Assembly (NCBI GenBank): GCA_963845065.1
Contig: CAWJQQ010000009.1
Location: forward strand, 1,152,001 to 1,216,000
Length of the DNA stretch: 64,000 bases
Reading direction: 5' to 3'
Origin: Nitrospirota bacterium
GTDB taxonomy: Bacteria; Nitrospirota; UBA9217
Notes under the pieces: generated by a model
What the model was told of the DNA's origin: nothing
Database searches by the model: none
Seen by the model: only the letters and a program-made list of their open reading frames with translations
Translations under genes and position numbers: made by a program
Shown here: piece by piece, positions 1 through 8,778 of the stretch
Layout of the letters: every line of letters starts with the position of its first letter
Position numbering within the stretch: position 1 is the stretch's first letter

Positions 1-1
1 G

Positions 2-274
2 CTTATCCCGGCCATACAGGCAGCTGGTATCGAGAGTTTCATGGAATCACTCGAGAGCGATACTACCGTGATCAAATTCGGAGAAGGTGATAAGGCCAAG
101 GAACTTTCACAGCTCGATTGGTTCAAGGGCTTCCTGTCTCAGTTCGGCAAGATCATTCACTTTGGCGAGCTCGCCGAAGGATTTGCGGAGCCGAACAAGG
201 ACGATGACGTAAAGAAGATGGCAGCAGCGATCGCCAAGGGCGCCCCGGCACCGACGGGAAGAGCCAAAAAGTAA
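2..274 (+). CDS. C-terminal part of phage capsid scaffold/maturation protease-type protein (5' truncated by window)
   Basis: Frame open from base 2 (LIPAIQAAGIESFMESL...WFKGFL...FGELA); position directly upstream of decoration and capsid genes. Confidence 0.55.
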   Translation, partial: LIPAIQAAGIESFMESLESDTTVIKFGEGDKAKELSQLDWFKGFLSQFGKIIHFGELAEGFAEPNKDDDVKKMAAAIAKGAPAPTGRAKK

Positions 275-398
275 CGTGCTATCGAATGTAGCAATTTGTT
301 ATCAAATATGATAATTGGCCAAATTAGCTAATTTAGCCAATATCAAAAACTCTGGCTTCCTGCCTTTACTTGCAGGAATGGCAGAAAGAGAGGAACCC

Positions 399-1253
399 AT
401 GAAAAAGAAAAACCTTATCACGACGGCGCTGGCGATCCTGGTATCGCTCGCCATCTTATGCGGTGTCATCATGGCCCTGTCCCTGATGAATAGTCCGGCT
501 ACGATCATCGTGCCGGCAGCTTTTCTGGTGATCGGATATTTGGCCCTTATTGGATCCTCCCGGCTTCTGTATAGCCAGGTCGGTTCCGTAACTGAAGACA
601 ATGGTTTAGATACTAATGCATTTGTCTTCGATAACCTGGTGCTCGATGATGATTACTATACTACACCGATCACGCTTCTTTCCGGGCAGGCCAATCTTGC
701 GCGAGGCGCACTTTTGGGCTGTCAGACAATTTCATGTCCTACCACGGGGACAAAGAATGCGGGTAATACCGGCGCAGGTACTTGTACCAGCGTTACCCCT
801 GGCATAAATACGAAGCTCGGGACGTATACGCTTACTTGCATTACCGCGGCAACTGGTGGGGGCACGTTCCAGGTCGTAGATCCCATGGGAGCATCACTTC
901 CCAATGCCAAGGTTGGTACTGCCTTCGCCGATCCGCAGCTGAATTTCACGCTGAATGCCAGCGGAGCAGATTTCATAGTTGGCGATTCATTCACCATCGC
1001 GATTGCGGCCGGCAGCGGGAAATACGTCCTGTCCCTTGCAGCATCCACGGATGGTTCACAGGCCCCATGCGCAATCCTTGTCAAGAATACCGATGCAACC
1101 GGCGGCGACACGCTTACGAGTGCGTACACCTTCGGCAAGTTCAACACGAACGGCATCACTTTTGGCACGGGCCAGACTGCAGCAGGCGTGATGAATGCGT
1201 TGCGCGTGCTAGGAATCTTCCTGGGCACGAGCCTGAGCACTGCCGGCCAGTAA
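399..1253 (+). CDS. Head decoration protein (lambda gpD-like) with N-terminal two-TM leader
   Basis: Start moved to ATG 399 after SD GAGAGGA. Contains LARGALLG and DGSQAPCAILV...G.FN..GI typical of gpD-like proteins; precedes the capsid gene. Confidence 0.8.
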   Translation: MKKKNLITTALAILVSLAILCGVIMALSLMNSPATIIVPAAFLVIGYLALIGSSRLLYSQVGSVTEDNGLDTNAFVFDNLVLDDDYYTTPITLLSGQANLARGALLGCQTISCPTTGTKNAGNTGAGTCTSVTPGINTKLGTYTLTCITAATGGGTFQVVDPMGASLPNAKVGTAFADPQLNFTLNASGADFIVGDSFTIAIAAGSGKYVLSLAASTDGSQAPCAILVKNTDATGGDTLTSAYTFGKFNTNGITFGTGQTAAGVMNALRVLGIFLGTSLSTAGQ

Positions 1254-1287
1254 GGCCGCAGAATAACGAAAGAGAGGAGAAATTATC

Positions 1288-2538
1288 ATGAAAAACACGT
1301 TCAAGGCCATGGCATCGCTCTGGATAGTCCTGGCCTCGCTCATAATCATCACGGCGCTCGCATTCGCGGGGATGCATGCCGTTTCTGCCATGTCCCCGCA
1401 AGCAGCAGGTGCCGCCTTATTGGTTGTGCTTCTGGCGACAGTCCTAATGGTGAAGTCGCGGCCTTTAAATCAGGCCGGGACTCTCCCGATCGATCTCTTT
1501 ACGACCCGTACCATGCTTGCGGCCATCGAGCAGATGTATATCCCCAGGTCGTTTCTGCTTGATACATTTTTCAAAAATATCGAGACCTCAATGACGGAAG
1601 TTGTCGATATCGATTTATACAAAGGCGCTCGCAGGCTGGCTCCGTTCGTTCAGCCATTTGCCCAGGGCAAGGTCATAGACCGGATCGGCTGGACCACCCG
1701 GACATTCAAGCCGCCTTACATCAAGGAAAAGATACCTACCCAGGTTGTTCAGATCCTGAAGCGCCAGATGGGCGCCACGATCTATCAGGGCGGCATGACA
1801 CCGGCTGAGAAGGCTGCGGCGCAGCTCGGGAAGGACATGCTCGAGCTCATCCAGATGATCCAGCGGCGCGAGGAATGGATGGCCTCGCAGATCCTGCAGA
1901 ATGGCCTCGTCCGCTGCGTGGGCGATGACATGGATGTGACGGTCAATTTCCTTATGAACACTACTCACCTGATCACGCTTTCCGGCGCAGCGCTTTGGTC
2001 GGCAACGACAACTGCTACGCCAATCACCAACCTTCGGACCTGGAAGAGGCTCGTAGCGCAGGATTCCGGCATTGTGCCGGATACTGTCGTTTTCGGGCAG
2101 AATGTCATCCAGGAGTTCCTAGCGAATACCGTCGAAGTCCTGGTCCAGGGCGCGCTTGCCTCAGTAAGGATCGATCGTGGTCAGATCGATCCGGAAAATC
2201 TGCCTGAGGGCGTGACGTACTGGGGCTATCTGAAAGATCCGGGCCTCGACGTCTACACCTATGATGAATGGTACATCGACCCGGTAACCGGCCTTACGCA
2301 GCCCATGGTCCCTGCGGACATGATTTTCATGGGATCCACAAGAGCACGGACAGCGCGTCATTACGGCGCCATCCAGGACCTCAAAGCGTTGAATGGCGAA
2401 TTAGCGTCTGTTCAGTATTTCCCCAAGATGTGGGAAGAGGAAGATCCTTCCGTTCGCTGGCTTATGGTCCAGAGCGCGCCGATCCCGTGCATGCATCAAC
2501 CCGATGCGTTCCTGGCTGCCACCGTTTCAATTGCTTAA
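1288..2538 (+). CDS. Major capsid protein (lambda gpE-like) with N-terminal two-TM leader
   Basis: IDLFTTRTMLAAIEQ, FLLDTFF, RLAPFV, PPYIKEK, IQRREEWMASQIL, QSAPIP motifs of the Phage_cap_E family; SD GAGAGGAGA. Confidence 0.9.
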   Translation: MKNTFKAMASLWIVLASLIIITALAFAGMHAVSAMSPQAAGAALLVVLLATVLMVKSRPLNQAGTLPIDLFTTRTMLAAIEQMYIPRSFLLDTFFKNIETSMTEVVDIDLYKGARRLAPFVQPFAQGKVIDRIGWTTRTFKPPYIKEKIPTQVVQILKRQMGATIYQGGMTPAEKAAAQLGKDMLELIQMIQRREEWMASQILQNGLVRCVGDDMDVTVNFLMNTTHLITLSGAALWSATTTATPITNLRTWKRLVAQDSGIVPDTVVFGQNVIQEFLANTVEVLVQGALASVRIDRGQIDPENLPEGVTYWGYLKDPGLDVYTYDEWYIDPVTGLTQPMVPADMIFMGSTRARTARHYGAIQDLKALNGELASVQYFPKMWEEEDPSVRWLMVQSAPIPCMHQPDAFLAATVSIA

Positions 2539-2567
2539 TCGAATTAAGCAGACGATATAGTCACATC

Positions 2568-2598
2568 GGGGCGGGAATTTGCTCCCGCCCCCTATCTT
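2568..2598 (+). terminator. GC-rich hairpin after capsid gene (probable terminator/stabiliser)
   Basis: GGGGCGGGA-ATTTGC-TCCCGCCCC, weak U-tract. Confidence 0.55.
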
Positions 2599-2617
2599 AG
2601 CTTGAAAGGGAGCTTCC

Positions 2618-2929
2618 ATGAAAATAACGGCGATAAAAAGGATTGAAACAGGGCCGAAACCGCAAGACCATCACAACCCGGAGGCGACATTCGAAGTCGA
2701 TGATAAGGAAGGACAGCGCCTTATCAAGCTCGGCGTGGCTTGCGCGGCGAAAGACGGTTCCGGAAAGTCCGAGGATGATAACAGGCTCAAGGGACCGGAA
2801 TTGATTGAGCTTATCAAGTCCTGCAAAACGGCGGAGGAAATTACTCATCTTATCGATGGTGAAAAACGCGTGACCGTACTCGATGCGGCTGCAAAGAAAA
2901 TCGAGGAGCTCTCTTCTTTGAAGGGATAA
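2618..2929 (+). CDS. Small phage head-associated protein
   Basis: 103 aa, SD AAGGGAG, typical position after capsid gene. Confidence 0.6.
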   Translation: MKITAIKRIETGPKPQDHHNPEATFEVDDKEGQRLIKLGVACAAKDGSGKSEDDNRLKGPELIELIKSCKTAEEITHLIDGEKRVTVLDAAAKKIEELSSLKG

Positions 2930-2932
2930 TCT

Positions 2933-3403
2933 ATGTCCTATTGCACGCAGCAAGACATGCTCGATCTTGAAATGACCGAAGACGAGCTTACACAGCTGAT
3001 GGATGATGAGGACCTCGGGGCAATCGACGGCCCCGACGCCCAGCGAAGGATCGCCCTGGCAGGCGTTCAGGGTGATGCCCTGATTGACGGCTATTGTCAG
3101 GGAAGATATTCAGTGCCATTTAGTCCCGTCCCGCCGATCGTGAATGGATGGTCGGCGACGCTCATGGCATTCAATCTTTACCGGAACCGGCCGAAGCCCG
3201 CTCCCCTTATCGATAGATATAACAAAGTCATGAGCTGGCTGTCGGACATCGATGCGGGAGGAAGAGCTATTCCCAACTGCACTGAATCCGATTCATACAG
3301 CGTGCCGGAAAGCACTACGGATGGCTTCGTCCAGACATTTCAAAGGCAGCAGCGGGATTCTGATGATAATGTCGTCATCCCGGGAACGATGGAGGTCTGG
3401 TAG
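2933..3403 (+). CDS. Head-tail adaptor, Mu gp36/DUF1320-like
   Basis: MSYCTQQDM...IDGYCQGRYSVPFSPVP...LYRNR...RYNKVMSWL pattern. Confidence 0.85.
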   Translation: MSYCTQQDMLDLEMTEDELTQLMDDEDLGAIDGPDAQRRIALAGVQGDALIDGYCQGRYSVPFSPVPPIVNGWSATLMAFNLYRNRPKPAPLIDRYNKVMSWLSDIDAGGRAIPNCTESDSYSVPESTTDGFVQTFQRQQRDSDDNVVIPGTMEVW

Positions 3404-3930
3404 TGGAGGAAAGCATCAAAATAACAGGTATCCAGGAAGTCAAGGACCTCCTGAAACAGATCCAGGACAATATAGCGAATGTGTCCCCATTCCTTAAAAG
3501 CGCCGGCATCGTGATCGTCGAGTCAGTCATGCAGAACTTTATGGAAGGCGGCAGGCCTGATCCCTGGGAACCGCTGAAAGAGACTACGCTCGAGCGCCGG
3601 GCCCGGGGACGATCGGATTATAAGACATATCAATCCGGACAGAACAAGGGGCGCTGGACCAAGGGCACGGCTGAGAAATATATCATGGCCGGGGCGCAGC
3701 CGCTCCGGGATAACGGCATCCTGATGGCCTCGATCGGGAATATTGCGGGTGATGGGATCTTCGAGATGGTTGAGGACGGCCTTGCGGTCGGCACAACTGT
3801 GCAAGCTGCGCGATTTCTCCAAATAGGTACGAAGTGGATGGTTGCCCGGCCGTTCATGATGGTCCAGACCGAGGACGTCGACACGATCGCTAAAATGGCT
3901 GCGGAGCATGCCATGAAAGGGACAGGATAA
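3403..3930 (+). CDS. Virion morphogenesis protein (Mu gpG-like)
   Basis: NF..GGRPDPWEPLKETT, L.D.GIL.ASI, VGT, ARPFM motifs. Confidence 0.85.
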   Translation: MEESIKITGIQEVKDLLKQIQDNIANVSPFLKSAGIVIVESVMQNFMEGGRPDPWEPLKETTLERRARGRSDYKTYQSGQNKGRWTKGTAEKYIMAGAQPLRDNGILMASIGNIAGDGIFEMVEDGLAVGTTVQAARFLQIGTKWMVARPFMMVQTEDVDTIAKMAAEHAMKGTG

Positions 3931-4368
3931 ATGGCTGGCCAGGGAATGAATGATCTGCTGGAAGCGATTAAGGCGCAGATTGCCGCAGAAGTATCCGATT
4001 ACGGCAGCGAGAAGGCCATTCATTTAGTTCCAATTGAAGACGCTCTTCCGGAGGCCACTCCGTTTCCCTGTGTTGGACTTAAGGATGGCCCGATCCAGAC
4101 GGATTACAGCAGTGGCAGCAGGACAACCCTTACAGTGGACATCGTGGTCTACGTAAAGATCAATACGCTCTATGGCTTCATTATCGGGAAAGGGACCCAG
4201 AAGGGGATCCACCAGCTGGAAGATGCAACCCGGAATTGCCTGGAGAACTGGGATCCGGACGGGTTTCTCTGGGAGCCGAGCATCATTCGGGACCCCGCAC
4301 TTCCGGGCAAGTTTGGAGATGTCGCTATTGAGAAAAAAAAATTTACGATGAGGTGGGTGACGGCATGA
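3931..4368 (+). CDS. Probable tail terminator/completion protein
   Basis: Size, position, PxxxPFPCV motif. Confidence 0.5.
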   Translation: MAGQGMNDLLEAIKAQIAAEVSDYGSEKAIHLVPIEDALPEATPFPCVGLKDGPIQTDYSSGSRTTLTVDIVVYVKINTLYGFIIGKGTQKGIHQLEDATRNCLENWDPDGFLWEPSIIRDPALPGKFGDVAIEKKKFTMRWVTA

Positions 4369-4703
4369 ATGGATCCTTACAAGGACTGAAAAACTTATGG
4401 CGTGATCGGAGGGGCCACGCGCACAAAAAGATGATCGTGGCACTTTTCCTGTATATCTTCATTTTCCTTACCACATTGGCCTATGGCGCATCATCCATGA
4501 ACGAGCAGGCCTCTGACGTGATCGCATTAGTGCTTGTCCTGGTCGGGACGATCCAGGGTCTTGTCAGCTATATCTACATCACAGGAATAAAAGACCTTAA
4601 ATCGAGCATTGAAAAACTCTTCGAAGAAGACAGGCGCCTGGAGGAACGTAAGCTCGATAAGACCGATCATACAATCCTCTGCGGGAAGGTCAATGTAAGA
4701 TGA
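4365..4703 (+). CDS. Two-TM membrane protein with C-terminal coiled coil (holin/antiholin-like)
   Basis: ATGA coupling at 4365; two hydrophobic segments; upstream of endolysin. Confidence 0.55.
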   Translation: MNGSLQGLKNLWRDRRGHAHKKMIVALFLYIFIFLTTLAYGASSMNEQASDVIALVLVLVGTIQGLVSYIYITGIKDLKSSIEKLFEEDRRLEERKLDKTDHTILCGKVNVR

Positions 4704-4810
4704 TCCGTCTTAAATGGCATAGGTGCTGCCCGATCTGCGGCACACCCATTACGAAAGATCGTGATGAGGACACATTCAAGTGTGAGTGCTGCGGATGGCA
4801 GGAACGATAA
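4700..4810 (+). CDS. 36-aa zinc-ribbon protein (not in ORF track)
   Basis: MIRLKWHRCCPICGTPITKDRDEDTFKCECCGWQER; CxxC...CxxC; ATGA coupling to upstream gene. Confidence 0.65.
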   Translation: MIRLKWHRCCPICGTPITKDRDEDTFKCECCGWQER

Positions 4811-4859
4811 AAAAATTTGATTGTCCTCTTTGCGTGAGGTTCCAAAAGGAGGTTTGGAT

Positions 4860-5348
4860 ATGTCTGATACATTGAGAAAACGGATCATCCAGGCATGGGA
4901 AGAACAGGAAGAAAAACGTCTTGAACTTGAGGAGGGAGAACGTCATTTTCCCTATCGAGACAGTAGGGGGATATGGACAATCGGGGTAGGTCATAACATT
5001 GAAGCTGATCCGGTTATGAAACCTGATCTTAATACCCTTATGAAAACCGGGCTTTCGGAAGATCAGATCCGTTCTATCCTTGATCTGGATGTAGCCAAAG
5101 CGGAGAAATCTTTATTTTCTACCTATCCATGGGCGGCAAATCTGGACGAAGCGCGGCGTGAGGTTCTCGTCGACATGACCTTTAACATGGGAATTAACAA
5201 GCTTATGCAGTTCCATAACTCACTGATGGAGATCCAGTCTGGTGAGTATCATGCCGCTGCAGCGAGGCTCGCGCAATCGGAATGGTATCGGGAAGTCGGC
5301 AGCCGGGCAGTTCATTTGTGCCAAATCCTGGATACGGGGGTGGCATAA
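4860..5348 (+). CDS. Endolysin, T4-lysozyme/GH24-like
   Basis: EG..FPYRDSRGIWTIGVGH catalytic E/D/T pattern, LVDMTFNMG, S.WY..VG.RA; SD AGGAGG before ATG 4860. Confidence 0.9.
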   Translation: MSDTLRKRIIQAWEEQEEKRLELEEGERHFPYRDSRGIWTIGVGHNIEADPVMKPDLNTLMKTGLSEDQIRSILDLDVAKAEKSLFSTYPWAANLDEARREVLVDMTFNMGINKLMQFHNSLMEIQSGEYHAAAARLAQSEWYREVGSRAVHLCQILDTGVA

Positions 5349-5349
5349 C

Positions 5350-5634
5350 ATGAAATTTAATCTTACCCGGGACAAACAGACCGGCGAACACGCGATGAAC
5401 CGGATCCTCGTTCTTGTTACGGCCGGCGTGCTTTCCACCGGTTTTCTGAAAGAGTCATGGATGAGGCCGCTGGGTTTGTGGGATTGGCTTGGCTATTCAT
5501 GCGGCATGGCCCTTTCCTACGCGCCTTCTGCCGTGGTGAAAGTTATCCAGGCATGGCGAGGACAGGGGACGGATACGCCGCCGCCCGATGGCCCCGCAGC
5601 CGCGCAACCACCTGCCCCTGATGGCGTAAATTGA
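5350..5634 (+). CDS. Small membrane protein, holin candidate
   Basis: ATG 5350 immediately after lysozyme; two hydrophobic stretches. Confidence 0.5.
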   Translation: MKFNLTRDKQTGEHAMNRILVLVTAGVLSTGFLKESWMRPLGLWDWLGYSCGMALSYAPSAVVKVIQAWRGQGTDTPPPDGPAAAQPPAPDGVN

Positions 5635-5649
5635 AGGAGGGAGAGAACT

Positions 5650-6207
5650 ATGTTCGCTCAATTAAAATTATACGCGGCATATATTGCCGGGGCGCTCTTC
5701 ATTGCCCTGGGGCTTACCGCGACCATCGAGTACGGGATCATTGAACATCAGAAGACGACGATCGGCACGCTGACAAACCAGCTGCATGACGCCCAAAATG
5801 CGAATGATGCCGCGCAGAAAACCATCACCGATCTCACGGTTGAGCGGGACAAATCCGCGGAGACCTGTGAAGCGAGGCTTTCGGAAAAGGATACGATGAT
5901 CCGGAAATTCCAGACCATCGACGATCTCAAGGAGGATACCCATGAAAATACCAAGGCCGTTGATTCTGGCAGCATTGATAATACTTTGCTTGGCGCTCTC
6001 AACCAGCTGTACTCCGCCCCGTCAGATAGTAAACCCGGAGTATGTCAAGCCACTAATACCGCAGGCGCCGGTGGAACCGGAATATTATCCGGTCAGGTTC
6101 GGTATTGTTTCTGCTCAGACAATGACGTAAGGAATTTTCTCAAGAATATGGCGCTCTCGGATTCCGACCGTCAGGAGCTCCGGACGATACTGGATGGCTT
6201 GAGATAG
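5650..6207 (+). CDS. Inner-membrane spanin (Rz-like)
   Basis: N-terminal TM followed by coiled coil; SD AAGGAGG; overlapped by a lipoprotein gene. Confidence 0.75.
   Translation: MFAQLKLYAAYIAGALFIALGLTATIEYGIIEHQKTTIGTLTNQLHDAQNANDAAQKTITDLTVERDKSAETCEARLSEKDTMIRKFQTIDDLKEDTHENTKAVDSGSIDNTLLGALNQLYSAPSDSKPGVCQATNTAGAGGTGILSGQVRYCFCSDNDVRNFLKNMALSDSDRQELRTILDGLR
5942..6130 (+). CDS. Outer-membrane spanin lipoprotein (Rz1-like), in +1 frame
   Basis: SD AGGAGG, signal peptide with lipobox LSTSC, Pro-rich mature part. Confidence 0.75.
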   Translation: MKIPRPLILAALIILCLALSTSCTPPRQIVNPEYVKPLIPQAPVEPEYYPVRFGIVSAQTMT

Positions 6208-6430
6208 GGAGGTGATGTCGAGGGCTAATTATCCACCTCACATTCATTCATGTACAAAAAAGTTTAAGTTGTGTAAATATTTTGTGATGATTCACCATGA
6301 ACACTGGGAATACTTCTGCAGATTGAATAATTGCCGGGTTCACAAAATATATGAAGACAGAGGTCCGGGAGCATGCCGGGAAACCACCATAAGCGAGTTT
6401 AGTAAACCATTAAATCTAGGAGGATACATT

Positions 6431-6979
6431 ATGGATGCAAACGCAAAGACGGAGATGGGACTGGAAGTAGGGCTCCTCTGCAATCACGATGAGCACATGA
6501 AAGGAAAGCTCAAGCAGCATTACAAGGTGGAACATGTCAGGGATGGCAAGATTATCGGGGTTGATGAATTCGACAATCTCATCACCACTGCGGGGCTCAA
6601 TCAATATCTCAGCGCAGCGCTTACCACGGGACTCGCTTCGCCGGCCTGGTATGTCGGCCTTATTGGTGCCACTGATACTTTGAATGCTGCGGACACTATG
6701 GCGTCTCATGCCGGCTGGACCGAGATTACCCCTTACAGCAATGCCACTAAGCCCGCATGGACTGGTGGCACCGTTTCTGCCGGCAGCGTGAGTAATTCCG
6801 CGTCAGTCGCCGCATTCACGATCAATGCTTCTTCAACGGTATATGGCTGCTTCCTCTGCAGCAACTCAGCACTCAGCGCTACAACCGGGACGCTGCTTGG
6901 CGAAGGAGTATTTGGCGCCTCACGTGCGGTTCTGTCCGGGGATACGCTTAACGTGACCATCACTTGCTCCTTAACGTAA
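6431..6979 (+). CDS. Phage virion/tail-associated protein
   Basis: SD AGGAGG before ATG 6431; NLITTAG...WYVGL...DTMASHAGWTE...V.SGDTLNVT resembles small virion beta-sandwich proteins. Confidence 0.6.
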   Translation: MDANAKTEMGLEVGLLCNHDEHMKGKLKQHYKVEHVRDGKIIGVDEFDNLITTAGLNQYLSAALTTGLASPAWYVGLIGATDTLNAADTMASHAGWTEITPYSNATKPAWTGGTVSAGSVSNSASVAAFTINASSTVYGCFLCSNSALSATTGTLLGEGVFGASRAVLSGDTLNVTITCSLT

Positions 6980-6987
6980 GAGGCTAA

Positions 6988-8778
6988 ATGTCCTTAACTA
7001 AGCGGGCTACATACCTGACTGCTGGCAACGCGCAAACAAGTGTGAGTGTAACTGCCAACGACCTTATATTGGTATTTTATACTTTCGCTGCCAGCACAGG
7101 TACGCCCACTTGTTCAGATAATGCCTCTGGTGGATCAAACAGTTATTCTCGGGTTGGCAAAGAGCAGGCAACCATTGATGGGGATAATGGGTCTATCTTC
7201 TGTTTTATGGCGACTGCAAAAGCGACAGCTACCCTGACGATAACTTGCACTTCAGAGACTGCGCCTGATATCTGTGTGATGGTTTATTATGGCGCAACCT
7301 CGTATGCTATTAATATAGCCGCGGCTGGATTCGCAGACTCTACAAATTCTACCTCCCATCCATCCGCACAGTTAACAGGCTGCGCTTCTGGTGATGTGCT
7401 AGCCTGCGGATGGTGGGCTGGGAATAACGCTGAGGTTCCAACAACTAGCACGTGGACACGTGAGCAATGTGATGATACGTCTTATGGAACCACCGCAGCG
7501 TTCTGTGATTATATCGCGCCATCATCCAGTAATTATACTAATACAATTACTGGCACTAATGCGATGGACTATATCTCACTCATCGTTTCGATCAAGGCAG
7601 GCGGGAGTGTATATGCAGAATCATTTACCATGTCTGATAACTCGTCAGCTTTTACTCCTGCCCCTGGATGGACCAAAACAGTCACGATGGCAGATAATTC
7701 CTCTGCCTTTACCCCTGCGGTTGGATGGAGCAAATCAGTCACGCTGGCTGACAACTCCTCTTCTTGTACTACTGCGAACGCCCTGGCTTCTGCGAATTCC
7801 GTTACCCTGGCCGATAACTCATCGGCCTTTACCGATACCAATGTTCTGAAAGCTGCAAATGGAGTTGCCCTCTCGGACAACTCTTCAGCCTTGACACCAA
7901 CGAATCTCTTGACGGCTGCAAATGGAGTCACGCTGGCTGATAACGCATCCTCGTTCACAAATGCTATTGGATGGGGCAAGTCAGTTGTTCTCTCGGACAA
8001 CTCCTCTGCTTGCACAGCTGCGAATGCACTGGCTGCTGCGAATGCAGTTACTTTGACAGACAATTCTTCAGCCTTGACACCAACGGATATCTTATTAGCT
8101 TCGAACTCTGTGACGTTGGCCGATAACGCTTCTTCCCTTACCGGAATCAGTTTATTGACGGCATTGAATGCCGTGACATTGTCGGATAACTCCTCAGCCC
8201 TTACAGCAGCAAATGCTTTGGTGGCGGCAAATGCCATCACGTTTGCAGACAATTCATCGGCCTATAGCAGTATTGGCGGAGCGCTGTATTCTATTTCAAT
8301 CACGTTCTCTGACAGCTCATCAGCGCTTGCCGGGACAGATCTATTGACGGCGGCAAATGCCGTGATTTTATCGGACAACTCTTCCGCTCTAGCTGCTTTA
8401 AATATATCAACCCAGAACGATTCAACCACATCACTAGCGGCAGTATCAGGCATGCAGCAATCCCCGGCCATGATAATGGGACAGCAGCTTACGTTGCTTT
8501 CGGTATCCTCCTTCAGCGGCTCAACGGGAGAAATAATATTCGACTCGTATACGATGACCGCGGTGAGTAGTGACGGGTATGCTGGGATCATGGAAATGTC
8601 CAGCGCCTTTCTTCTCTCCGCCGTAACGAATGACAGCGAATCCGCGCTCATCTTTTATGTTGATAGCGGTGATTCTGTCCCCTTGCGGATCTTTGGCAAG
8701 AAAACCAAAACGCGTGATCTTGGTGATTCTGTCCCCTTGCGGACCTTTGGTGTCACAGTAAGGAGTCAAAAGTGCTGA
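6988..8778 (+). CDS. Ala/Ser/Thr-rich repeat virion fibre/appendage protein
   Basis: N-terminal beta-rich domain then 13 copies of ~19-21 aa VTLxDNSSA repeat. Confidence 0.6.
   Translation: MSLTKRATYLTAGNAQTSVSVTANDLILVFYTFAASTGTPTCSDNASGGSNSYSRVGKEQATIDGDNGSIFCFMATAKATATLTITCTSETAPDICVMVYYGATSYAINIAAAGFADSTNSTSHPSAQLTGCASGDVLACGWWAGNNAEVPTTSTWTREQCDDTSYGTTAAFCDYIAPSSSNYTNTITGTNAMDYISLIVSIKAGGSVYAESFTMSDNSSAFTPAPGWTKTVTMADNSSAFTPAVGWSKSVTLADNSSSCTTANALASANSVTLADNSSAFTDTNVLKAANGVALSDNSSALTPTNLLTAANGVTLADNASSFTNAIGWGKSVVLSDNSSACTAANALAAANAVTLTDNSSALTPTDILLASNSVTLADNASSLTGISLLTALNAVTLSDNSSALTAANALVAANAITFADNSSAYSSIGGALYSISITFSDSSSALAGTDLLTAANAVILSDNSSALAALNISTQNDSTTSLAAVSGMQQSPAMIMGQQLTLLSVSSFSGSTGEIIFDSYTMTAVSSDGYAGIMEMSSAFLLSAVTNDSESALIFYVDSGDSVPLRIFGKKTKTRDLGDSVPLRTFGVTVRSQKC
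7620..8400 (+). repeat. Degenerate ~57-63 bp coding tandem repeat (13 units)
   Basis: Recurrent (M/L/F)(A/S/T)D(N/S)(S/A)S motif counted 13 times. Confidence 0.85.

Noticed and set aside
315..398. Longer TTG start for the decoration gene
   Set aside because: Starts inside a palindrome without SD; ATG 399 has a good SD.
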